A stretch of DNA of 64,000 bases. Origin: Candidatus Campbellbacteria bacterium. Lineage in GTDB: Bacteria; Patescibacteriota; Minisyncoccia; Phycocordibacterales; UBA1006. Below the pieces are notes generated by a model. The model made no database searches, was not told the DNA's origin, and saw nothing but the letters and a program-made list of their open reading frames with translations. A program made the translations under genes and the position numbers. Of this stretch, positions 1 through 8,369 are shown piece after piece. The stretch spans positions 2,047 through 66,046 of the forward strand of contig NZWR01000005.1 of NCBI GenBank assembly GCA_002698305.1. The letters are read 5' to 3'. Positions within the stretch are counted from its first letter, which is position 1. The number at the start of each line of letters is the position of its first letter.

Positions 1-1
1 A

Positions 2-751
2 AAGATGGGAGAAGTTGTTGTAACTGAATCAACAAAGGAATCTCAATTATCATCGTTTAACAATATGAGAAACAGTGACGGTGATTATCAAACTGTTATC
101 GACAATCTCGACTCATTCCTTGCTCAGGAGCCAGATAAGAAACTACGTATAGATATCGAGATGAAAGGAATGATGGCAGATATGATGGCTATGGGAGTTG
201 AAGAGATAGAAAGAGATGGCGAGACAGTTTACAAAATGATGGGTCTTGAGTTAAATCTTGAGCAAGCTCTTGAGCATTGTGGTCTTATGGAAATGGTAGG
301 TTGCGAAGAACTTATTGAAGAAAATGGTGAAGGAGAACCAGAAGAAGATGATGGTATTGAGTGGGAAGATGACATGGCAATGATGAATGCGATGTCTAAT
401 ACTGAAAATATCTCATGGAAACTGATTGATGAAGCTACGAATGAAAAACCAACAATGGATGACTGGAATTTCAATCAAGGAGATTTTGTAAAAGTACGAA
501 TCTACAATGACCCAAGTTCAATGCACCCCATGCAACATCCAGTCCACTTTCATGGACAACGATTTGTTGTATTAACTCGTGATGGTGAGGTGAATGATAA
601 TTTCCAATGGAAAGATTCAGTATTGGTACCAACAGGACAGACTGTTGATATTCTTATTGAAATGACTAATGATGGAGATTGGATGGCACATTGCCATATT
701 GCAGAACATAACGCTGCAGGAATGATGTTTAACTTTAAGGTTAATAACTAG
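2..751 (+). CDS. multicopper oxidase, C-terminal part (5' end cut by window edge)
   Basis: Frame open to window start; Met-rich MKGMMADMMAMG segment; copper-ligand motifs HPVHFHG and HCHIAEHNAAGMM near C-terminus; hairpin terminator follows. Confidence 0.8.
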   Translation, partial: KMGEVVVTESTKESQLSSFNNMRNSDGDYQTVIDNLDSFLAQEPDKKLRIDIEMKGMMADMMAMGVEEIERDGETVYKMMGLELNLEQALEHCGLMEMVGCEELIEENGEGEPEEDDGIEWEDDMAMMNAMSNTENISWKLIDEATNEKPTMDDWNFNQGDFVKVRIYNDPSSMHPMQHPVHFHGQRFVVLTRDGEVNDNFQWKDSVLVPTGQTVDILIEMTNDGDWMAHCHIAEHNAAGMMFNFKVNN

Positions 752-760
752 CCGACAAAA

Positions 761-786
761 AAACACTCAATAGGGTGTTTTTTGTT
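761..786 (+). terminator. rho-independent terminator after multicopper oxidase
   Basis: AAACACTC/aata/GGGTGTTT stem-loop followed by T-run. Confidence 0.7.
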
Positions 787-817
787 TTACAACTATCTAT
801 ATAATTAAGAGTTTTTT

Positions 818-850
818 TACAACCCTTCTCGTGCTAGCTGTCAATGGTGA
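818..850. repeat. copy A of 33-nt att-like direct repeat
   Basis: TACAACCCTTCTCGTGCTAGCTGTCAATGGTGA; 31/33 identical to 14429..14461, which overlaps the 3' end of tRNA-Glu. Confidence 0.85.
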
Positions 851-924
851 GCCTTCAGCAGGTGCGACCAGGTAGATTCCTTGCCCCACAATGCTTTTTG
901 AAGTAATTTTAGTTTAACATAAAT

Positions 925-938
925 AACCCTTCTCGTGC
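925..938. repeat. partial third copy of the att-like repeat (left junction of element 1)
   Basis: AACCCTTCTCGTGC, 14/14 identical to 821..834; diverges afterwards into sequence colinear with the left end of element 2. Confidence 0.7.
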
Positions 939-952
939 GATGTTGTTTTTTC

Positions 953-975
953 AAAAAGTTACAAAAGTGACACAG
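953..975. repeat. element left-end motif AAAAAGTTACAAAAGTGACACAG
   Basis: 20/23 identical to 15545..15567 at the left end of element 2; word AAAAAGTTACA recurs in both arms of the palindrome at 985..1012. Confidence 0.6.
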
Positions 976-984
976 AAAAGGGAT

Positions 985-1012
985 AAAAAGTTACACGTGT
1001 GTGTAACTTTTT
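985..1012 (-). terminator. palindromic terminator after the SLATT-like gene
   Basis: AAAAAGTTACAC gtgt GTGTAACTTTTT, perfect 12-nt arms with A/T runs, 12 nt beyond the stop at 1024. Confidence 0.7.
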
Positions 1013-1023
1013 ATATCATAAAT

Positions 1024-1524
1024 TTACAGTAAGTTACCTGCATCGTCTCGATCAGGTTCATGTATTCCATCTTGAATAATTTTCCGTGCATTATTGAAAC
1101 TTTTTTTGTTTGTCGGTGGCGACGCTTTCAAGAGCTCAGAATACCTACTATGTAGATTTTCTACAGCAACAACAAAAGCATCATCATTCAGTTTTTCAGA
1201 TAATGAGTCTTTTAAAAAACGAGCATCATGCTTTAATGCTGTAAAACTTTTTGCAGCTGATAGATGTTCTTGATGTGATTTATTTGGATTAAGAATAGAA
1301 GCTACTGCAGCTATAGATGAGGCTAGTACTGTAATTGGAAGTAAATAGTTTATTGCTATTCCTGTAGCAGCAAGGGTACCTGAGATTGCAGCACCAACAG
1401 CAGGAACAACCTCAAATAAGATAGCCTTATTTTTTGATGCTGACGCCATATGATGATGAGCTTCCGCTGTATAGGTGCAATTCTGTTGTATTATTGAGCA
1501 TTCATTTATAAATTTTTCTTTCAT
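1024..1524 (-). CDS. SLATT-like two-TM effector protein
   Basis: 166 aa; N-terminal helix (YTAEAHHHM), two adjacent hydrophobic helices (AILFEVVPAVGAAISGTLAATGIAINYLLPITVLASSIAAVASIL), helical C-tail; 3-nt gap to upstream nucleotidyltransferase gene. Confidence 0.6.
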   Translation of the reverse strand: MKEKFINECSIIQQNCTYTAEAHHHMASASKNKAILFEVVPAVGAAISGTLAATGIAINYLLPITVLASSIAAVASILNPNKSHQEHLSAAKSFTALKHDARFLKDSLSEKLNDDAFVVAVENLHSRYSELLKASPPTNKKSFNNARKIIQDGIHEPDRDDAGNLL

Positions 1525-1527
1525 AAT

Positions 1528-2445
1528 TTAAGATATGGTTAGTGGAAAATGATCTCCGCACAATTTTCGCCATGCTTTAATCTGCTCTCCTTTTGATAAA
1601 TTTGAGTTTAACTGAATGTAATTAACTATTGTTTCGAAAGTGTTTAATATAGATTCTTTATCTTTCTGAGATATAAAAATTGGTGAAGATTTACTACCTG
1701 GTATTTTTAATGGATGTATTATTTTTTCTCTAGCATCAATAAAGAAATCTAAAAGTAAATCAGGATATGAAATCCCATACCCTCTAGTTTTTCGGATAAT
1801 AACTGAGGTTGGAATAATGTCAGCTGCAAGGATTTCAAGTGCAAAAGATGATAACTCAGGAAAATAAATATTTTTTATTGCTTTTAGTATTTTAATGACA
1901 GGAATTAGATTTCCCGAGCTCTGTTCATTTTTCTGTGTAATATATTCAGCCTCATAGTCATAATCTGCCATCTCCCATGCACCATTTTTTGGTACCCAAT
2001 ATCCACGACCTCTGTCTCCTAAGTGATTCCCCGAAGGGTCTGATCCTATCATATCTATATATGCCGGCACTAACTCCACGTTAATCCTGTCGTTATAGTT
2101 CAAAGTTATCGCTGGTTGATCTTGTTCTGGGTTTAAACTACCGTAACGTGAACTATCATTTACTGTGCTATGAAGGGATTCCATTGCATTATGAGCACTA
2201 ATTCCTTCATTAGTCCAAGCATGGAATTCTCCAACTATTACAAGAATATCAACATCGATATCACCTTCTTTTTTAGGATGTATTCTTGTTCTTCTTTGTA
2301 GGGATCCAATTAGCTTTGAATCTTTAAAACTGGGGTGTTTTGATTCTAGGTAATTTCTAAGTGCTTTATGTCTCGTACTAATAGATGAAGACAAGCTATC
2401 TCCTAATTCTAAATTGTTTTTTAATTTTTGAAAATAATGATGCAT
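1528..2445 (-). CDS. SMODS/CD-NTase-like nucleotidyltransferase
   Basis: 305 aa; Pol-beta NTase signature G47-S48 ... D62-I-D64-V-D66 and later VELVPA strand; operonic with 2TM protein. Confidence 0.65.
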   Translation of the reverse strand: MHHYFQKLKNNLELGDSLSSSISTRHKALRNYLESKHPSFKDSKLIGSLQRRTRIHPKKEGDIDVDILVIVGEFHAWTNEGISAHNAMESLHSTVNDSSRYGSLNPEQDQPAITLNYNDRINVELVPAYIDMIGSDPSGNHLGDRGRGYWVPKNGAWEMADYDYEAEYITQKNEQSSGNLIPVIKILKAIKNIYFPELSSFALEILAADIIPTSVIIRKTRGYGISYPDLLLDFFIDAREKIIHPLKIPGSKSSPIFISQKDKESILNTFETIVNYIQLNSNLSKGEQIKAWRKLCGDHFPLTIS

Positions 2446-2448
2446 GAT

Positions 2449-3096
2449 TTAACCTTTAATAACTCCAACAACTTTTCCGCTTATTTCAAAGTCGTCTCCC
2501 TCATGAATAAATATTGGTAAGTAGTCTTGTTTGTCTGACTGTGCTCGCAATACAATACGATTGTTTATCTTGTCATTCTCATATTGCTTGATTGTTGCCA
2601 TGCCATCAATGACAGCCACCACCACGTCGCCATTCTTATAACTCTTCACACTACTATCAACTAATACAAAGTCTCTATTTTCAATAGCTTGTTTCTTTGA
2701 TCCTATTTGCGCAATGTTCATACTCTCACCATCAGCGATTAATCCATAGAGATCTTTTTTGGTATATGGAAGAAGCGATGATGACACTTTAAGGTATTGT
2801 TGAATATTCTGTTCCGCGAAGATATTTGCAGGTCCACAGTTCGCTGAGCCAACAATCGGTAGCGAAAATACTGTATTAACTGTTGATTTAACATATCCTT
2901 TTTTAACAGGCTTAATAATATTTTCTTTTAAGTTGAGCGTGATAAGTCCTGCCTCTGCGAGTTTCTGTAAGTGATATTTTGCAAGTTGTGGCTTATTCTC
3001 AGCACCCATCTTTTCAGCTATGGTTCTAAGACTATATGACCCAATACCTTTGTCTTCGTTGATAAGATTTAAGAGTAGTTTTTGTTTCTCATGCAT
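2449..3096 (-). CDS. LexA/CI-type repressor (wHTH + S24 autopeptidase)
   Basis: Start moved to ATG 3096 (MHEKQKLL), which sits 6 nt after an extended -10; wHTH SLRTIAEKMG...LAKYHLQKLAEAGLI; scissile-site-like VGSANCGPANIFAEQ, Ser in DGESM, Lys in GMATIKQY. Confidence 0.8.
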   Translation of the reverse strand: MHEKQKLLLNLINEDKGIGSYSLRTIAEKMGAENKPQLAKYHLQKLAEAGLITLNLKENIIKPVKKGYVKSTVNTVFSLPIVGSANCGPANIFAEQNIQQYLKVSSSLLPYTKKDLYGLIADGESMNIAQIGSKKQAIENRDFVLVDSSVKSYKNGDVVVAVIDGMATIKQYENDKINNRIVLRAQSDKQDYLPIFIHEGDDFEISGKVVGVIKG

Positions 3097-3102
3097 ACTG
3101 AT

Positions 3103-3111
3103 ATGATAGCA
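3103..3111 (-). promoter_or_regulatory. extended -10 (TGcTATCAT) for the repressor operon, leaderless spacing
   Basis: Reverse complement of 3103..3111; 6 nt to ATG at 3096. Confidence 0.55.
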
Positions 3112-3148
3112 TAAAATAATGCACTTTACCACCTTTGTGACTATTTAT

Positions 3149-3177
3149 TTGACAGTTTTTACACACTAGAATATAAT
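3149..3177 (+). promoter_or_regulatory. consensus sigma70-type promoter TTGACA-17-TATAAT, divergent from repressor
   Basis: TTGACA 3149..3154, TATAAT 3172..3177, 6 nt to ATG 3184. Confidence 0.75.
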
Positions 3178-3183
3178 AGAGCT

Positions 3184-3582
3184 ATGGAAGAGAAACTTAT
3201 ACTCCACAAACCAATACATCAACCTCGAAGTAACGATGTTGTTCTGCAATTAACTGATATTCAGCTTCATCGAGATAGAGATGAAACCAAAAATCCTGTT
3301 AAGCGTGTAGAACGTGCTGTTGAAACGAATAAAGAAGGTCGTATATATAGTTCACTCCCTGATCCCTCAGGTCCAATGCATATTCAAACACCATTCTTCA
3401 ACGCTGATGATCCAGAATTGCAAAAACTTGTTAAGAAATACAATGAACAAGGAAAACGAGTATTTATTGCATATCCAAAGAAAGGATTACCTATCAAGCT
3501 AGGCAAAGATGCTCAAGAGTTTGTAAAGAGTAAAAAAGGTAAACGTATTATACGACAATTAAATAAAGACAAGGATAAATAA
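3184..3582 (+). CDS. hypothetical protein, first gene of element 1 rightward unit
   Basis: 132-aa ORF directly behind consensus promoter; basic C-terminus; no motif I recognise. Confidence 0.6.
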   Translation: MEEKLILHKPIHQPRSNDVVLQLTDIQLHRDRDETKNPVKRVERAVETNKEGRIYSSLPDPSGPMHIQTPFFNADDPELQKLVKKYNEQGKRVFIAYPKKGLPIKLGKDAQEFVKSKKGKRIIRQLNKDKDK

Positions 3583-3762
3583 TCCTGTCTTGCGTAGTAA
3601 AAAGCGATTAGTTTACGACCGACCAAGTTGTGCCTATTCCGCGCAAGAAATGAATGAATTCATATTTGTATGTTCATTTATTTCGTGTGTGGAATGGGCT
3701 TTTTGTATTGCCCAACATCCATATATCGAAACTTATTATAAACATTAATTAGTTTTAGTATT

Positions 3763-5043
3763 ATGCAAAAACTCAAATGGACGACGGTCAAAAAACGTAT
3801 ATCGGACTTAATCCCGCAAAAGATTAACCCGAGACAAATTTCAGACAAACAAATGTCTGACTTAAAGAAGTCACTCAAGAAATATAACTTAGTAGAAATA
3901 CCTGTTATAGACTTAGATGACAAAATATTAGCTGGTCACCAGAGGCTCATCGCTCTTAAGGTTCTCGGTCGCGGCGACGAACAAATAGATGTTCGTGTTC
4001 CGAACAGAAAATTAACAGATAAAGAAGCCAAACAATACCTCATCGCCAGCAATAAGCTCGGCGGAGACTGGGATTATGACCTTCTGAAACACTTTAATTT
4101 AGAAATTCTCTCAGATGCAGGATTTGATGATATGGAACTCGTATCATTCTGGGATAAAGAAAATGAATCGATTGATGATGATTTTGACGTAGAAAAGGAA
4201 GTTAAAAAGATTCACAATCCGACAACAGAGCGTGGCGATCTCATTATCATGGGTGACCACCGATTACTCTGTGCTAGTGCAACCGATAGTAATGCAGTAC
4301 TCAAGCTATTCAGTGGAGATAATGCATCAATGTATTATTCAGATCCGCCTTTTAATATAGGTCTTTCGTACGACAAGGGTGTCGGCAATAATTCTAATTA
4401 TGGAGGAAATGTAGATGATTCGAAAACTCCAGAAGCCTACAAAGAATTTATCAATCAAACATTACAGAGTGCACTTCCTGTACTCACTAATGATACTCAC
4501 GTCTTCATGTGGTGTGACGAAGCATGGGTCTGGGTATTTCAGACCCTATACAACGAGCTGAATATCAAGAATCGAAGGTTGAATATTTGGTTAAAAAATA
4601 ATTCGTCACCGACGCCGCAAGTAGCATTTAACAAAGCTACAGAGTTCTGTGTGTACGGAACGATCGGTAAACCATTTCTTTCTTCAAATGTTAAAAACCT
4701 CAATGAGATACAAAATAAAGAAGCAGGAACGGGAAATGATCTCTTTGAGTACGTAACGAATGTCTGGGCGACAAAGCGATTGGCTGGGAATAAATACAAT
4801 CATCCTACTGAAAAGAATCCAGAGCTTCATGAAAAAGCAATTCTTCGATGCACCAAGCCTGGTGATATTATTTTTGACTCATTCTCAGGATCAGCAAGTA
4901 CGATGGTTTGTGCAGAACAACTAGGTCGCAAGGTGTATTCAACGGAACTATCAGAAGTATTCTGTGATTTAGCAATCCGCCGTTATGAAAAGCTCACAGG
5001 AAAGAAAGCTAAAGTAATCAAAAACTACTATGAAGAAGTCTAA
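3763..5043 (+). CDS. ParB-like nuclease domain / N6- or N4-DNA methyltransferase fusion
   Basis: N-terminal ParBc-like EIPVIDLDDKILAGHQRLIALKVLG; motif IV SDPPFNIG; AdoMet motif FDSFSGSAST near C-terminus; paralog at 15807..17078. Confidence 0.85.
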   Translation: MQKLKWTTVKKRISDLIPQKINPRQISDKQMSDLKKSLKKYNLVEIPVIDLDDKILAGHQRLIALKVLGRGDEQIDVRVPNRKLTDKEAKQYLIASNKLGGDWDYDLLKHFNLEILSDAGFDDMELVSFWDKENESIDDDFDVEKEVKKIHNPTTERGDLIIMGDHRLLCASATDSNAVLKLFSGDNASMYYSDPPFNIGLSYDKGVGNNSNYGGNVDDSKTPEAYKEFINQTLQSALPVLTNDTHVFMWCDEAWVWVFQTLYNELNIKNRRLNIWLKNNSSPTPQVAFNKATEFCVYGTIGKPFLSSNVKNLNEIQNKEAGTGNDLFEYVTNVWATKRLAGNKYNHPTEKNPELHEKAILRCTKPGDIIFDSFSGSASTMVCAEQLGRKVYSTELSEVFCDLAIRRYEKLTGKKAKVIKNYYEEV

Positions 5044-5437
5044 GGTTACCAAACAGTTCCTGGAAGAGCTGAAGAAAGTTCCCATCGTTCAGGTGGCTTG
5101 TGAAAAAACAGGTATCTCACGAAATAGTGTATATCGCTGGCGACGAGAGGATACCAAGTTCGCTGAAGCAATGGATGTCGCTATGACTGAGGGTGTGGCT
5201 TTTGTGAACGATATGTCAGAGTCTCAGCTTCTCACCATGATTAAAGAAAAGAACTGGTCAGCGATTAGTTTTTGGTTACGTCATCGAAATGATAACTACA
5301 AGAACAAGATTGAAGTTACAACTAGAGAAAAAGTCGATGAACTCACTCCTGAACAACAAAAGGTTGTTAAACAGGCACTCAAGCTCGCTTCACTTACGAA
5401 GCAAAAATCTATTAGAAGAATTAAACGTAAACAATAA
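5030..5437 (+). CDS. terminase small subunit-like HTH protein
   Basis: 135 aa; HTH VACEKTGISRNSVYRWRRED; start overlaps methyltransferase stop by 14 nt, same arrangement as 17065..17493; sits immediately before TerL. Confidence 0.6.
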   Translation: MKKSKVTKQFLEELKKVPIVQVACEKTGISRNSVYRWRREDTKFAEAMDVAMTEGVAFVNDMSESQLLTMIKEKNWSAISFWLRHRNDNYKNKIEVTTREKVDELTPEQQKVVKQALKLASLTKQKSIRRIKRKQ

Positions 5438-5438
5438 T

Positions 5439-6953
5439 ATGAAAAAGCCTAAAGCAAATTCTGTCATCGGTACAACATTAATTAACCAAATGATGAAAGA
5501 CCGATCTATACGAACAAGTATCACGAAAGATAGTTTTCTCTACTTCTTTCACTTTTACTATGCTCACTATGTACAGTACGCAACCGCAGACTTTCAGAAA
5601 GAAATTATTCACCATCTCGAAAAAAGTCATAAAGAAAATTTCTATGTCTGTGCCTTTCGTGGATCAGGTAAATCCACGATGGTCACCACCGCGTATCCTA
5701 TCTGGTCAATCCTTGGGAAACAAAAGAAAAAGTTTGTGATGATTTTTACACAAACTCGTGTTCAAGCAAAACAACATATGATGAATATCAGACATGAGCT
5801 TGAGGGAAATAGAATGTTAAAAAACGATCTTGGTCCTTTTCAAGAAGAAAGTGATGAATGGGGCTCATATTCACTTGTCTTTAAAAAACACGGCGCGAGA
5901 ATTACCGTTGCATCAAGTGAGCAAAGTATTCGAGGATCACGACATAATCAGCACCGACCCGATCTCTTTATTTGTGATGACGTTGAAGACGTACAATCTA
6001 CCAAAACTCGTGAAGGTCGGAACAAAACCTACAACTGGTTACGAAGTGAGGTTGTTCCTGCAGGTGACAAAAATACACGACTGATCATCGTTGGGAACTT
6101 ACTGCATGAAGATTCACTCTTAATGCGTATTAAGGGTGAAGTAGAGTCTGAAAAGACAGGAGGAGTATTCAAGATGTATCCACTCATTGATCACAACGAT
6201 CAATGTATCTGGACAGGAAAATATCCTGATGAAAAAGCTCTTGAAAACGAGAAGAAAAAAGTTGCCAATGAAAATGCATGGCAACGTGAATATCTGCTCC
6301 GTATTATTCCAAGTGATGATCAAGTTATTTATCCTGAATGGATTCAGTATTACGACGAACTACCAGGAGAAAAACACAAAGGATATCGTGGAACCTATGC
6401 AGGTGTTGACCTTGCTATCTCGTCAAAAGATTCTGCTGATGATACGGCGGTTGTATTTGCTCATGTATATTCACGAGCAGAGAAAATGCGTATCTATATC
6501 TTGCCAAACCCTATCGCCAAGAAAATTAACTTTCCAGCACAGGTTGATCTCATGAAAGATATTCGTAATACCCAGATGAAGAAAAGCAGTGATGAACTCT
6601 TTGTTGAAAGTGTCGCCTATCAAGAAGCACTTCCACAAATGCTCGAACACCATGGTGTAAAAGCAACATCAATCAAACCCAAGGGTGACAAGCGAACACG
6701 ACTTGCTCTAACCTCAACAGCAATCAAGTCTGGAAAGATCAAATTCCCACGTAAAGGTTGTGAACAGTTAATTGAGCAACTTGTAGGGTTTGGTGTTGAA
6801 AAACATGATGACCTTGCCGATGCTTTTTCTTTACTGATTAACTCGACGATGGATAAGCATGCAAAAGAAGGAACTATTCTTATGTTCTTTGTCGGAGGAA
6901 ATAGCAGTAGTGATGATACGGTTTATTATAGTAGTTATGTTGATGTGGATTAA
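5439..6953 (+). CDS. terminase large subunit-like ATPase/nuclease
   Basis: Start set to ATG 5439 (MKKPKANS), 2 nt after TerS-like stop; Walker A FRGSGKST, Walker B DLFICDDVED, C-terminal RNaseH-like GVDLAISSKDSADDTAVV and HDDLADAF. Confidence 0.8.
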   Translation: MKKPKANSVIGTTLINQMMKDRSIRTSITKDSFLYFFHFYYAHYVQYATADFQKEIIHHLEKSHKENFYVCAFRGSGKSTMVTTAYPIWSILGKQKKKFVMIFTQTRVQAKQHMMNIRHELEGNRMLKNDLGPFQEESDEWGSYSLVFKKHGARITVASSEQSIRGSRHNQHRPDLFICDDVEDVQSTKTREGRNKTYNWLRSEVVPAGDKNTRLIIVGNLLHEDSLLMRIKGEVESEKTGGVFKMYPLIDHNDQCIWTGKYPDEKALENEKKKVANENAWQREYLLRIIPSDDQVIYPEWIQYYDELPGEKHKGYRGTYAGVDLAISSKDSADDTAVVFAHVYSRAEKMRIYILPNPIAKKINFPAQVDLMKDIRNTQMKKSSDELFVESVAYQEALPQMLEHHGVKATSIKPKGDKRTRLALTSTAIKSGKIKFPRKGCEQLIEQLVGFGVEKHDDLADAFSLLINSTMDKHAKEGTILMFFVGGNSSSDDTVYYSSYVDVD

Positions 6954-6970
6954 AAGTTGCCAACATTTTT

Positions 6971-7007
6971 TGCTTAGCAAAAATCTATATTGCGACATAA
7001 TGTATAC
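6971..7007 (+). promoter_or_regulatory. conserved recombinase promoter block with CATAAT -10, leaderless spacing
   Basis: 6971..7013 matches 21959..22001 at 37/43 positions ungapped while flanks are unrelated; CATAAT 6996..7001, 6 nt to ATG 7008. Confidence 0.6.
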
Positions 7008-8327
7008 ATGGAACGAACAAACGTAACACAACAAATATCTTCAAACATAACGCACTCGGCAACCCGAGTGCGTTATTGCTTATACGCCAGAAAATCAACT
7101 GAGAGTGATGAAAAACAAGCACTCTCAATCGATTCACAAATCAATGAAATGAAACAAATCGCAGAACGATTACATCTCAACATTGTTTGTGTTAAGCAGG
7201 AATCACACAGTGCCAAGACATCAGGTAAACGTCCAGTATTTGCAGAAATTATTAAAGAAATCACTGATGAGAAATATGATGGCATTCTAACATGGGCACC
7301 AGACAGATTATCTCGTAATGCAGGTGATCTTGGTTCACTCGTTGATCTTATGGATCAAGGAAAGCTCATTCATATTCAAACCTACGGACAAACTTTCAGT
7401 AATTCACCAAATGAGAAATTTTTGCTCATGATTCTTTGTTCCCAAGCAAAGCTAGAAAACGACAACAAAAGTATTAATGTTAAACGAGGAATGCGAGCGA
7501 GATGTGAAATGGGATTATGGCCGTGCCGACCACCAACAGGATATACCAAGTCAAAACTTAAGGAACAAAAATGTGTTTCAGTCATTGATCAAGAACGTGC
7601 AGAAATCATCAAGCAAATGTTTGAGAAAATAGGATTAGATGGTTGGAGTGGAAACAAACTTCATAGATGGCTTAAGGAAATAGATTTCAAGACAGAACAT
7701 GGGAAACATCTGAGTCTTGGGAATCTTTACCGCATACTCAAAAATCATTTTTATTACGGACGATTTGAATATCCAAAAAACTCCGGAAATTGGTATAACG
7801 GAATACATGAACCGATTATTGATAAGAAATTATTTGATATTGTTCAAGAACAAATACAAAGTCAGATACTGGAACCCAGATCAGCTCAAAAAGAATTCGC
7901 TTTTACTAAGATTATGAAATGCGGAGCCTGTGGCTCAGGTATTACCGCCGACGAGAAATTTAAGAAATTGAAAGATGGAAGTGTAAATAGGCATATTTAC
8001 TACCGTTGTTGTAAGTCACGTGATCAAAATTGCAAGAATCCAGCGATTAATGAAACTGATTTGATATTGCAACTCAAGAAACTTATCGACGATCTTTCAA
8101 TTACTTCATTACCAATGAAAGAAAAGATTACTCATGAGGTACAGAGGATTAAAAAGTTCTACTCTATGATGCTCGACGAGAAAGCACAGATTTATATCAA
8201 AAATATTGATGTGCGAGATTACGTCAAGTTTATCTTGCAAGAGGGGTCCATTGAGGAGAAACGTGAGTTTCTGAGATGTTTAAAAAGTAAAATAACGCTA
8301 AAAGACAAAAAGGTTTGCTTAGGTTAA
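7008..8327 (+). CDS. large serine recombinase
   Basis: Resolvase catalytic region YCLYARKSTESDEKQALSIDSQ; recombinase domain; Cys-rich zinc ribbon CGACGSG...YYRCC; start moved from TTG 6990 to ATG 7008. Confidence 0.9.
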   Translation: MERTNVTQQISSNITHSATRVRYCLYARKSTESDEKQALSIDSQINEMKQIAERLHLNIVCVKQESHSAKTSGKRPVFAEIIKEITDEKYDGILTWAPDRLSRNAGDLGSLVDLMDQGKLIHIQTYGQTFSNSPNEKFLLMILCSQAKLENDNKSINVKRGMRARCEMGLWPCRPPTGYTKSKLKEQKCVSVIDQERAEIIKQMFEKIGLDGWSGNKLHRWLKEIDFKTEHGKHLSLGNLYRILKNHFYYGRFEYPKNSGNWYNGIHEPIIDKKLFDIVQEQIQSQILEPRSAQKEFAFTKIMKCGACGSGITADEKFKKLKDGSVNRHIYYRCCKSRDQNCKNPAINETDLILQLKKLIDDLSITSLPMKEKITHEVQRIKKFYSMMLDEKAQIYIKNIDVRDYVKFILQEGSIEEKREFLRCLKSKITLKDKKVCLG

Positions 8328-8369
8328 AAAACCACACAAGCGGTTTTTTAACTATGTTTACAATTTCGA

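Noticed and set aside
851-924. Degenerate tRNA remnant to the right of repeat copy A
   Set aside because: Similarity to the tRNA-Glu body decays after about 8 nt (5/8, then random). I could not fold a T arm from CCTGGTCGCACCTGCTG. It is kept only as a note under the repeat finding.
3314-3502. 62-aa same-strand ORF nested in 3184..3582
   Set aside because: It is an alternative frame inside a longer ORF that has a consensus promoter. It has no start context of its own.
3678-3923. 81-aa minus-strand ORF across the start of the ParB-methyltransferase gene
   Set aside because: It overlaps a well-supported gene and its upstream region, has hydrophobic low-complexity translation, and has no promoter.
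5289-5438. N-terminal 50-codon extension of the TerL ORF overlapping the TerS-like gene in another frame
   Set aside because: The extension is low-complexity (LKLQLEKKS...NRHSSSLHLRSKN) and lies wholly inside 5030..5437. An ATG at 5439 sits 2 nt after the TerS-like stop and gives a normal terminase N-terminus.
6990-7007. TTG starts proposed by the ORF track for both recombinases (6990 and 21978)
   Set aside because: The extra MRHN(V/I)Y codons coincide with the conserved CATAAT promoter block. ATG 7008 and ATG 21996 fit the leaderless spacing seen elsewhere.
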